Positions 24,200 to 34,600 of a stretch of DNA of 34,600 bases are shown here, in pieces. The notes under the pieces were generated by a model that worked only from the letters and a program-made list of their open reading frames with translations, had not been told where the DNA came from and ran no database searches. Source of the DNA: Spirogloea muscicola. Taxonomy: Eukaryota. Each line of letters opens with the position of its first letter. Positions within the stretch are counted from its first letter, which is position 1. Position numbers and translations under genes: made by a program. The DNA is taken from assembly GCA_009602725.1 (NCBI GenBank), contig WELB01000013.1, positions 818,561 to 853,160 on the forward strand, read 5' to 3'.

Positions 24200-24444
24200 G
24201 CTGCTGGGGGCCAGCCGGCGCTGGGCTGCAACCCAGGTGACACGAGCTCCACGGCACGCTATCAGCTGCAACGGCACATTCTCCGCCACCAAGACATCCC
24301 TCCAGCTCGTTGCTGCCCCCGCGCACCCGCCGGGCCGTCTAACCTACAGGCACGCCCGCAGGGGCGCTGCCGCCGCGGCAGGAAGCGCGGCGAGGGCAGG
24401 GGAGGGCGCGACCTCCTGGCTGTACATCAGCTCGACAGCGTCGA

Positions 24445-24473
24445 GGTGGTGGTGGTGGTGGTGGTGGTGGTGG
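24445..24473. repeat. (GGT)n microsatellite
   Basis: About nine GGT units read directly. Confidence 0.9.
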
Positions 24474-24734
24474 GGGTAAAACTCGATCACTCGCTGGCCA
24501 AGCCAATGTCTCTCACTCCCATTGCCTTAACACGAGCTATTTCTTCCAGATAGTGTTTGTGGTAGTGGTGAAACAGCTCCACAAAGTAAGGCGACGGGCA
24601 AGGAGACGGTGGTTGTGAACGGCGCTTGGACCCCTGAGTCCCCGCCACGCCCACTGCAGGCCATTTGGCCAAAGCTTGGGTCAGACCAAAGCAGGCGTGG
24701 TCGTGCCACCACTGCCCGCCAGCGCCGCCGCACT

Positions 24735-24764
<30 letters not shown>
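24735..24764. repeat. (CGG)n microsatellite in the GC-rich divergent promoter region
   Basis: About ten CGG units read directly. Confidence 0.9.
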
Positions 24765-24765
<1 letters not shown>

Positions 24766-24869
24766 CGAGTCGGGTGTCTGGAATCGGCGTCCGCGTGCTC
24801 AGGGCTCTCTGCCTGCTCTCTGATCTTGGAGTTGCCACAGCTCCCATTCCCTTGACGGCCTTGGCCGCC

Positions 24870-26435
24870 ATGTCGGACACCGGGAGCTTCATGGCGAAGC
24901 AGGCCATGAGCTCCCTGTTCAGCGCCACCAAGTCCGGCTTCAGCGCCATCTCGTCCGGCATCTCCAAGGCCCGCAAGTCGTACGCCGACTACTCCGAGCG
25001 CGACCGCCTGGAGGCCCTGCGCCGCACCGGCGTGGCCCCCGCCGAGCTGGTCCACCAAGGCGAGCAGCGCCGAGCCCTGGTCCCTTCAAGCGGTCGGGAT
25101 TGCCGCAGATTGATGGCTCTTTAAAAATTGGCACTCCTTCTGATTGCTTGAAGCTTTCAAGTGATGTGGCACTGCTGCTGTGCGTGCAGCCCTGGAGCGC
25201 TTCTATCACCTTCTTCTGGCCGGCTACAAGAACGAGCTTGCCGCTGCCGCGCAGAAAGCTGGTGCGAGGCTGGTCAGTATGTCTCACCTGATAAGTCTGC
25301 TCACGTGCTCCAGGCTTACATCCAGCCAGTCACGTCCTAGGGCTTGACTCCAGTGGCCTCATTGTGGTACTCAGTAGCGCAGCTAAGGGCTGCCTGTCTT
25401 TTGTCTTGATCACCTTGGGCAGCTTCTGCATAGGAGAAACTTAGGTGTGCAGATTGTGTGTCTTGACAAGCGCAGGCAGATGTGGAGAAGAGCAGCATTC
25501 CAGCAGAAGCCGTCATGGCAATTGGCTCCATCCTGACAGACATGTCTCTCAAGTATGGCAATTTTGCCAAGACGTCGCTCACCCAGGGCCTGCAGGACTT
25601 CCTCAATGGGTCGAAGATGGGCAAGGACCACTACGACCGAGACGCCCTTGCCAATGACTTGTATTTTGCAGTTCTCCTACTGGCAGAGGTGGGCGTTCTG
25701 CAGAACATTGACGTCACATAGCGCAACCATTGCTGTCTTGCCTCATTTGATAGCAAGCACTTTACTTCTATCCGCTATGTTTGTGACTCGGATGGGTTGG
25801 TTGGACCTTCCTGACTCATACCCTGCATCCTGAGCATGTCAACAGAGCTGTGCTGGTGCCGGCCCAGCCTTTGAGAGCGCCATTAGGGCGGCAGGGAGCC
25901 GTCTCGTTGAAGGTCACACTATTGAGCAGCCCGGATCTTATAGCTCAGTCCCTACTGCATATGGAGGTGGAGCAGGTGGGGGCCTCCCCGCATACGCACA
26001 GGCAACTCCTCAGTACGCACAGGTGCCTTCAGCTGTCGCTAGCACTACCAGTGCCACGATGAGCAAGCCTGAGGACGATCCCAAGTGAGCTTGCAGAGCT
26101 CTATCTCTGACAGCTTGATAAAGATGATGTAGGTCAAATGCATGGGCCGGTGGTCATTGCACGATGCACGTGGTGTATCCTACATTCCCATGAGGACTTG
26201 TCAGCTTGTTTGTCAGTCCTGTCTGTCCCGTCTAATGCTGTGCTCTTGTCTCTCAATCGTGTATCTGAGAGGCAGAATGAAGGCAGCCAAGGCACTCTAC
26301 GCAGTTGGCTCCTCGATCAAGAAGGCGGCAGATGAGGCTGAGCTTCGGAGGCAGAAGACTCTAAGGGAAGCAGAGGCTGCCCTCAAGAAGGAGCAGGAGC
26401 GAAACAGCCTGCGGCTTTCCCATACACAAATTTGA
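24870..26435 (+). CDS. Uncharacterised protein, 5 predicted exons, C-terminal coiled-coil-like segment
   Basis: Phase-consistent exons at about 24870-25059, 25190-25261, 25480-25688, 25845-26083 and 26276-26435: MSDTGSFMAKQAMSSLF..LVHQ/ALERFYHLLLAGYK../DVEKSS..VLLLAE/SCAG..EDDP/KMKAAKALY..HTQI. No family recognised. Confidence 0.7.
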
Positions 26436-26948
26436 GATTGAGACCAAGTTTGTAGATAAGCTATCTGCACAGCTGCATTGTGCTTCTTGACACTATTAAA
26501 GACTGACTCGCTTTGTGATTACATGACCAAGCCGCACAACACGGCGCTTGTGATCTCACAGAGAAAAAAAGAGAAAGCGTAAAATATCTTGGCCATGCTC
26601 AAACGACTTATATATCAAAGACTCAAAGACCCTCATTCATGAGACTCTGACACTCTGGAATAAGCATGTAAGATACATGGACGGGTGCATCGTGCTACTT
26701 AAGACCTCAATGACCTAGGTTGTACAGTCGAGTGCACAACCTCTCAACACATGTGATGCCAATAGAGGTAGCCTAAGACGGTGCAGTCGTCAATGATATG
26801 GCCAGTCTCTGGTATGATCAATATGAGAGTCTTTTACAGAGAGTAGTAGTCAACAAGGTGTGCCCTAAAGCAGGTACTAGCCTCCAATTGTCGTCTGCTC
26901 AAAAGATTGCGCCAAATTCGCGTGGCTTTGCAATATAGCAAGGTAACC

Positions 26949-27516
26949 TCAAGCACTCCGTGGAGGCCCGTCCTCCCTGAAGTCAATCCCGTTTGCCTCG
27001 AGAAACTCTGTTGCCTTCACAATGTCCTGCATGCCGAAAGGACGACGTCAGAGATGTCAGCTCCTCGTGACATACGACTTGGTGCATATAACCATTTGGG
27101 ATCAAGCCACAGACTGAGCATGTCGAGCACGAGTCCGGGCACGAGCAAAAGCGGGTGGCACCTTTTGGAGGAGCAGCGCCTCCTCGGGACAGGATGGGAA
27201 GACCATGACGCCGTAGCCCAGGGCGCCGAGGCCGTAGCACCCGAGCGCCACGAGTGCATACAGGGGCAGCTGCGCAGGCGAAGCTGTCCTTAGTTGAATA
27301 GAGCCAAGGAGTGACAATCCTTGTGTCAGTGGTTCAAATCTGCAGCGCAGCAAGCGGCGGCGACCGAGGGCGGCGGCGGCGGGGCCACGGGGGAGCGGCG
27401 CTCACGATCTGCACGACCTTCCGCTGGGCCGGCGTCAGGTCGGCCGCCAGCAGAAGCCCCAGCCAGGCGGCGAGCAGCGCCGCGGTGCCGGCCAGCCACC
27501 GGAAGATGTGCCGCAT
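26949..27516 (-). CDS. DPM3: Dolichol-phosphate mannosyltransferase subunit 3, 3 exons
   Basis: MRHIFRW..AWLGLL / LPLYALVALGCYGLGALGYGVMVFPSCPEEALLLQK / DIVKATEFLEANGID; two TM helices plus the FxxCPEEA motif; GT-AG junctions. Confidence 0.93.
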
Positions 27517-27549
27517 GGCGCTCGCCGCCGCCCTGCCGCCGCCACGGCC

Positions 27550-27801
27550 NNNNNNNNNNNNNNNNNNNNNNNNNNNNNNNNNNNNNNNNNNNNNNNNNNN
27601 NNNNNNNNNNNNNNNNNNNNNNNNNNNNNNNNNNNNNNNNNNNNNNNNNNNNNNNNNNNNNNNNNNNNNNNNNNNNNNNNNNNNNNNNNNNNNNNNNNNN
27701 NNNNNNNNNNNNNNNNNNNNNNNNNNNNNNNNNNNNNNNNNNNNNNNNNNNNNNNNNNNNNNNNNNNNNNNNNNNNNNNNNNNNNNNNNNNNNNNNNNNN
27801 N
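27550..27801. other. Assembly gap (252 N)
   Basis: Run of N between two very GC-rich gene starts. Confidence 1.
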
Positions 27802-27857
27802 CCGCCGCCGCCGCGGGGCGGCCTCCGGGCGGCGCGCTGTCCTTGGTGGCGCCCGCG

Positions 27858-28406
27858 ATGAAGGTGCGGGCGTCCGTGAAGCGGCTGTGCGAGTTCTGCC
27901 GCGTGGTGCGCCGCCGCGGCCGCGTCTACGTTGTCTGCTCCGCCAGCCCCAAGCACAAGCAGCGCCAAGGCCTCGCCACGGCGGCCGCCGCCGCGGGCCT
28001 GCCGCCGCCGTCGCCGCCGCCGTCGACGGCAGCCGTGGCCGCGTGGGCGAGGCAAGGCCCGTCCCCGCCCCTGCGCCACCTGTCGCATGCTTCGCCGTCA
28101 TTGGGAAAAGGGTTTGGGGTTGGATTCAGGGTTTGGGTCCCGGGGCTCAGCTCGCAGCAGCCGCGCCGTGCCGCAGCTCTGACCACACTTGGCCTGCGTG
28201 CGCGCTCGCGTCGTCCGCAGCCCATCGGCACCGCCGATGCCGCGCTGGAGGAGCCCGCCGGCGCCGTTTGCTGCCCTGGGTGCCGCCGCTGGCGCCCACC
28301 GCCAGCCCATCGCAGTTGCTGTGCTCGGTGGCGGCTGTATGGGCCTTGGCGTGCTGCTCTCCAAGGAGTGACGCGGCCGAGGTCGTGGCGCGCCTTGACA
28401 GAGTGA
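27858..28406 (+). CDS. RPL36: Nuclear-encoded organellar (probably mitochondrial) ribosomal protein bL36 with C-terminal extension
   Basis: [38 protein letters not shown] at 27858-27971. The 3' end shown is the unspliced stop and is uncertain. Confidence 0.9.
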   Translation: MKVRASVKRLCEFCRVVRRRGRVYVVCSASPKHKQRQGLATAAAAAGLPPPSPPPSTAAVAAWARQGPSPPLRHLSHASPSLGKGFGVGFRVWVPGLSSQQPRRAAALTTLGLRARSRRPQPIGTADAALEEPAGAVCCPGCRRWRPPPAHRSCCARWRLYGPWRAALQGVTRPRSWRALTE

Positions 28407-29617
28407 GCGAGCTGCAGCAAGGTCTACAGCACAGTGGGGACAGTGCACCGCCTCGCGACAACTGATGACACCTGTATTCGCCATCTGCCGCGGGCGTCAA
28501 CTTGCCGCTGTGCCTCCAGCAGACAGCCGCGCTGCAGAAGAGAGGTGCCCGCTTCTCATCGAGTTGGCACTATCGCCGTCGAAGGCTCCGACTCTACATT
28601 AGGCGGTTTTGAGGCCCTGTACATAGCTCGTCTCGCATCCACCACCATCTTTGTACTGATGCAGGAGGGACGGAGAGGCGATGGCGTTCTCTCTGCAACT
28701 ATTTCCCTGCACTTTTCCTTGTACCTTAGTGCCTCTCTGGGGGCTCCTCCTGCCCGAATGATGTTGAGTTTAGGCTGAAGCATCGAGCCGCGTGTGCGGG
28801 TGCGTGTGCGCTCAGTGGCGTTAATCAAGCCACATGGACCATCAAGCTTTGCAAATGGCTGATGGATGTACAATTTCCGGATGAATGGTGCTGATGAGCC
28901 CTCTCGCCCTTTGTTTCGAGCACTTGCCCTGCCCAGCAATATCCGTGTGCAACTCCCCAGCTTCAAGCAGTTGCCCTGCAAGATGTCATGTTTCCACCAG
29001 AAGGAAAGTTATTTATCAGCATATTCGTGTGCTGAGATGCATTTGGACCTATTTGGCTCGCTTGGCAATAGTACTTAACATGACAGTCTCGAGTACATCT
29101 CCTCCCAGCATAAGCTGATATCTTTGAAAGACGATTTATCAGAATAGCAAACTTCTTGAGAGACCCTTTCATGTACCGGCGGTAACAGCCTGTACTTAAT
29201 GGAGACGAGTACAATGCTTGTATTGCACACCAACGGACCTCGATGCAGAAGGAGAGGTGCAGCAGGCCAATGTCAGAATCCACTCCCTCTTATTTCCTAC
29301 TTATGTAGGAGTATAAGTATGGCTGGCCCATGTGAGATACCTTCATCTCTCCCTTTCTGCCTGTGAGGCTTGACTTATGCTTGTGCACAAAGATTGTCAT
29401 AGCCACATACTGCAACGTAGTGAGGCTTCCAGCTTCTGGTTGACAATTCTAATTCAATGTCATTCGGACAAGAAGTTCAATCCTGGATAAGTCTTGAGTC
29501 ACAAAGCCGATCAACACAAACGGCCTGGCTTTCCGAACCTGATGAATGAATTGAATGGAAGACAGTGTTCAGGGCGTAGAGTCCTGTTGACTCTGCACAT
29601 CATGACATACTATTGTC

Positions 29618-32600
29618 TCATTTGAGTGGGAGGGCATTCTCCACCAGCTGCACCCAGTAGGACGCTCCCAGTGCAAGGATGTCGTCATTGAAGTCGTACC
29701 TGTGACAAGAACCGGGCTTGCTTGGTACTGGCCTTCTCAAAGCCAACAACCTACCTCCTACTTGCCTAGGCCTTGCATATAAATTGTGATGCTTGAATGG
29801 ACACTGCTCCTCCTGGACAAGGATCCAGAAAAGAAGACAACCCCACTCCATTGTGCTACTCAGAGGGTTTGGCATGTGTTGCCACACATTACCCGTGCAG
29901 CATTACCTTGGGTTATGCAGCCTGCACCCGCCCTCAGTGGGCCCATTTCCTAGCCAGACATAACACCCTGCACAAAGCTTCCATCAACAGATAGGACTGC
30001 TTACACTTGAGGTATATGCTATACATGCTTGCAGTGGGTTGCTCAGAGTAGCCATCAGGCTATAGAATCACAAGCAACTTGCGCAGAAACAGATTCGCCC
30101 TCACCTACTGGTGAGCAGAATCTGACAGATGCAGCCAGCCTTGGCCTTAGTTACGGTGCAGACCTTCGACATTCTGCAGGATGTAGCCAAAGTCCTCGGC
30201 ACCCATGCTAGGTGCCATAGTGTCCATATGCAGATTAGCACCGACAACAGCCTTTGCAGCATCCGCAGCTTCGGCAGCTTCAGCAGGACTATTGACTGTT
30301 GGCGGAAAGTAATTCAAGAAGCGCACTGTCGCACTGCAACCTGGCACAGGGAAGAGCACACGCTTAAGCATCATTATCCAGCTCGAGATCAATTTAGCGA
30401 TGTGCAAGGAGCGCAATGAAATTGCAGCAAAGGGTAACATATCCCTCCACACAAAGCCAATGGCTTGCCACATGTAGAGTCCTATTACCAAGTTCTTGTG
30501 CTGACAAATGTCCATTCTACTACTGGCCATATTATTCCTTGAATTCTTGCCGCTGCCTTGCTGTATCTCTGCTACGAAGCAGCTAAGCCTGCTCCCAGAC
30601 ATGAATGCAAGCCAGATCATTGGCTTCGGTTCTACTCTCTAAGGAAGAATTTGCTACTTATATTTGCTTGTCGCTATGCTCTGATAGCTCATCTGTGAGG
30701 AATGACGCCAGGGAAAGAGAAGGGTCTCCGACCAAAAGGCCAAGAAGGTTGCTTAATCAGCATGACTCTCTATGGTAATGACCCTTGATTACAATCTCAA
30801 GTAAATAAAAAAGTAATGGCAGATTAACCTAAGGTGTGAACCCTAAACCCTTAATCCTAGAGCTCATATCCAAAGCCCGGACAATTTCATCCGTAATCAC
30901 TGATATGAAAATATTAGTGATTCAAACATTTGCTGCCCATCGAACAAGCACGGGCATTGCACAGTACGGTAGAGCTACAAAAGTGGCCAGAAGTGCTGCA
31001 TTCACACAAAGCCCAAAGCTACGGCAGGAGCAGCAGCAAAATATTCAGTGGTGATTATGAGTAGAGCTTTACCATAAGCTGCAGCTGTTGACTCTGCTAC
31101 TTGCACCACACCCCCCTTAACGACTTCACTGATAGCTTTCTTGAACGTCCTGATGGTCCCACGCAGTATTACCTTTAAAAAGCACACAAGGTACCAAGGT
31201 AAGCTCAATGCTTTGCCTTTGATGGACTACGAAATTAACAACTATTTGATAGGATACAGCAGTTGGCCTAAAGGTAGGACAAAGCTTACGGTGGGAGGGA
31301 TGACATTGTACGCATCACCACCGTGGACTTGCGTTACGCTGACGACGGCAGACTCTTGTGGATCAACTCTTCTACTCACAACAGACTGTCATGGTGGACA
31401 CTTCAAGATGGTCAAGGTCAGTCTGACAATATAAGCAGGGCGCTTGCCAGGCATTCAATACCTTGCCAACAAGGGCATCCGGCTGCGCACCATACTTATT
31501 AAAGTTGGTATGCATCCACTTTTGTCACAGTGACCTACAATATCGCCTTCAGCATGGGCCTGAGCAACCTGTCTCTGAACCCTGACAATATATTAGCTGA
31601 AGATCATAATATGCTCATATAAGAGGACGCTGCACCAGAATATATGATCTTGCCTGCAGAGCTGTTATTATATGGGCTGCGCACACAACTGCATCGCTGC
31701 CGGTGGCCAGGTGCGGCATAGCTGCATGACAGCCCACTCCATCTACCTGACCACATGATCATCAAGAATCAAAACATGTAAAGGAGCAAGCATGTTAGCA
31801 GCCCTGCAACCAAAATCCCTGTTGAATAGATAGCATTGAATAAGGCAGCTGTACAATGAAGAATACCTACTTCTATGGTGAAATTTTCCACGCCAGCCAT
31901 CACTGGCCCGCTGTGGACGGCCATGTGACCTACTGGTAAACCTGGCCTGAAACAGAGCAAACAGCAACCTGGGGGCATAGTCATGCAGATGTAAGCTTGC
32001 CTGTACCTTGTACTGACAGCACAAATACAGACACTACATCCAGTTGACTCAGAACTCCTCACAGAGTGGCAGAGTCGTGGGCAAGTCAAAGTTACTAGAT
32101 TTCTGTTTCTGTGACCGCGTCGCTTCCTCAAAGAAAGAGAGCACAAGTGGGGTAGTGCTCACCAGTTGTGTAGGCCAAAGGCGGCTCGAACAGGGTACTT
32201 TGCAAGGAGGCCATCTTTAAGCATGGCCTCAGCTCCACCACCACGGAGGCCATATTTGTTGTCGGTAGGTGTGCCTTCTTCTGCCGGCTAAGAAAGTCAA
32301 TGCCACATAAGGTAACCAAGTAAGGTGATCTCCAACTTCACCTATAAAAGTCAATATGGTACTCTCCTGTCAGCAAGATTCCAACTACGACTCCTGACGA
32401 CTCTGTCCTTTTCAAATTACAAGCGCCTTAGTAATTTCTTCAAACTACCATCATCACTTTCCCTGACAGAGGACACATTGTGAATGCTGCCCAGTTCATG
32501 ACTGGCAAATCCAGCACCTGAAAGACAAGGTGAATTGTTCCCAGAAATGACCGCTTCTTAGCCAACTTCCTCGCAGCTCCCAAAAGCATTGCCGTGTGAC

Positions 32601-33904
32601 CTGTTCAAAGGAGGAGATTGGACGACAATTTGGCGCATTGATCAAATATTACAAGTGCCACCTCAAAGCCTACTATCACCAGCCAGTCTGTGACTGGGGC
32701 TGCACAGATTGCTCCAATGGTGTTATTGCAAATATAAGACCCTTAAGCAAGCCGGCTCACCATCGTGCCCGCAGGCATGCATCGTGCCCGTGCTTTGAGA
32801 ACGGTGCTCAAAGTCATTGGCTTCTCCAATCGGCAGTGCATCCATATCAGCTCTGCCTTGTGTGAACACAATATGCAGCGGCCAAGCTGAGTAAGACACT
32901 AGCTGCAATGCAGTCCTTACCAAGTCACAGCCCAATAGCGACCTGCAAAAAGCTGTGATTCTACCAAGCTTTGGCCTTTACAGTGACGTGTTTCTGCTTT
33001 CAAGCAACAGGTATCAGGCACTGACAAATCCCTAAGTACTCAACTCTATAGAATGAGCATGGACAGTACATTCCACTTACCGCAGCATGACGGCAGAACC
33101 CCCGCCACCTGTGCGCAAAGTTCCGACAACACCTGTGCCGCCGAGGGTGCGGTCCACTTCATAGCCCCACTCAACGAGGAGATTGGCCACCAAGTCCGAA
33201 GTCACATGTTCCTGCATTGCATCGCAGCAAACAGAAAACATCCACTCAGCCAGTGAAATGAGTGTGAGATTGCTAAGGAAGGACGTCTGGTCCCCTTGCT
33301 TCTGTGCAGGATGGTCAGTCAGTGACAACCAGACAATGCTGCTGGTCACTGTGAGGGTCGGAATGTGCTCGACAGACCTGAAAGGCAAGCTCGGGCTGGC
33401 TGTGAATCTGCCTACGCCAAAGCATCATGTCAGCATGCCAGCTTCCAATTCTGCTCCTGGCCTCGTCCAGCAGGCTTTGAGTAGCATCATCTGACCAGAC
33501 TATCCCCCTGCAGTACGCCGGCTGCACGGATCAACTCTCAACAGAGATTCAAGGTATCAAAAGTCTGGCCCGCACTCAGCCATGCGGAAGGCCTGACAGG
33601 AACAATGCATTGACACCACCAAGCAACAAGCAGAGAGGGAGTCCTTACTACCATGTCATTGATGCAGCTGAGACGTGGATCGTCAGCCTTCAGGTAATCC
33701 ATACCTTGAGCCAAGTGTCAGCCTGCGCTTCGGTGCCGGCTTCTTGGAGTTGCTCTTGAGAGCTTGCTCCGAGCTGCCTTGATTGTGCACTCGCGCTCCT
33801 AGACGCGACGACGAACACATTCCTCGCGGCAGCAGCAGGCTCCGCCTGCGGCCAGTCTCCGCGCCCGCCACCGCCGCGACGGGAGAGGGAGCGAGGCTCG
33901 CCAT
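29618..33904 (-). CDS. M20D amidohydrolase (hippurate hydrolase / aminoacylase-like), about 13 exons, N-terminal extension
   Basis: [113 protein letters not shown] junctions. Confidence 0.93.
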
Positions 33905-34054
33905 GACGGCGCGGGCCGACGGAGGCTCGCCCGGGGCTCCGCCAACAACGGCAGCCGCTGGGAGCCGTGCCAGTGGAGCTGCCGGCGCTGACGGGCGGCT
34001 TTGGAGAGCGCGCGCAGCTCCACGGGTGTCCTCGTCGCGCAATCTGAGGCGTTG

Positions 34055-34446
34055 GTGGCGGCGGCGGCGACGGCGGCGGCGGCGTCGGCGGCGGCGGCGG
34101 CGGCGGCGTAGTGGCGCTGACTAGACGGCAACTGCAGCTCGCTTGGGACCAGGCAGGCAACGAAACGTCAGTAATAGCTCGACCCGTCGCACGGTCGTTT
34201 GACGGCGGCTGCAATTTTGGGACGACGCGGGGATATTCCATCGTCGCCACCTCCGGCTGCCGGCTATCCGAAGGGCCTGGGAGGGGGGCCTCGCCGGCCG
34301 CGGCGAGAGGCATGGAAAGCGAGCCCATTTGGCTGTGGAGAGGCGCCTGTGCTTCTGAGGGGAGGGGGGGAGCTCCTCCCCCCCGCCATAAAACCCCGCA
34401 GCCCCACCCCTGCGGACCAGCCCCGGCGATCGCGGCGCCGAATGCG

Positions 34447-34477
<31 letters not shown>
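34055..34477. repeat. (GGC)n and (GCC)n tracts in the GC-rich divergent promoter region
   Basis: Imperfect GGC run at 34055-34108 and GCC run at 34450-34477, pointing in opposite directions. Confidence 0.85.
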
Positions 34478-34495
34478 GGCTGAGCTGCGGCCGCC

Positions 34496-34600
34496 ATGGA
34501 CGAGGACTTCGACTACGAGGTGCATCAGGCGCCGCGCCTCCGCCTGGGCCGCGGCGGCGAGGAGGAGGAGGACGCGGCGGCGCCGCCGGGCCCCAGCGCC
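34496..34600 (+). CDS. Probable 5' start of a gene running off the window
   Basis: GCCGCCATGG strong context; MDEDFDYE..; open to the end of the window. Confidence 0.55.
   Translation, partial: MDEDFDYEVHQAPRLRLGRGGEEEEDAAAPPGPSA

Noticed and set aside
27311..28465. ORFs spanning the N run
   Set aside because: Artefacts of translating through the gap.
28434..29500. Short ORFs between bL36 and the amidohydrolase
   Set aside because: No motifs or consistent splice model; probably UTR or intergenic.

Overview
Eukaryotic, intron-rich genomic DNA, probably a streptophyte green alga or early-diverging plant. This is inferred from plant-type IDH, bL36m, MRE11 and GDU-like proteins, short introns and very GC-rich 5' ends. 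Host genes in order: KDPG aldolase (-), NAD-IDH catalytic subunit (+), a GDU-like VIMAG membrane protein (+), MRE11 (-), an unknown 5-exon gene (+), DPM3 (-), bL36m (+), a HipO-like M20D amidohydrolase (-) and the start of one more gene (+). The most striking content is three intergenic nests (about 200-870, 3720-10180, 13320-16390) of CRE-clade-like non-LTR retrotransposons (RT + CCHC knuckle + restriction-like endonuclease). One copy is near full length but disabled. The rest are 5'-truncated ends from at least four diverged families (alpha-delta, my labels) that repeatedly insert into each other's 3' ends with clean 7-10 bp target-site duplications. All families share a C-terminal TR[GNC]Y-stop and a 3'-terminal GGGCTG..CAGCC hairpin. 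Its loop appears to covary with the extreme 3' end, making it a candidate pseudoknot.
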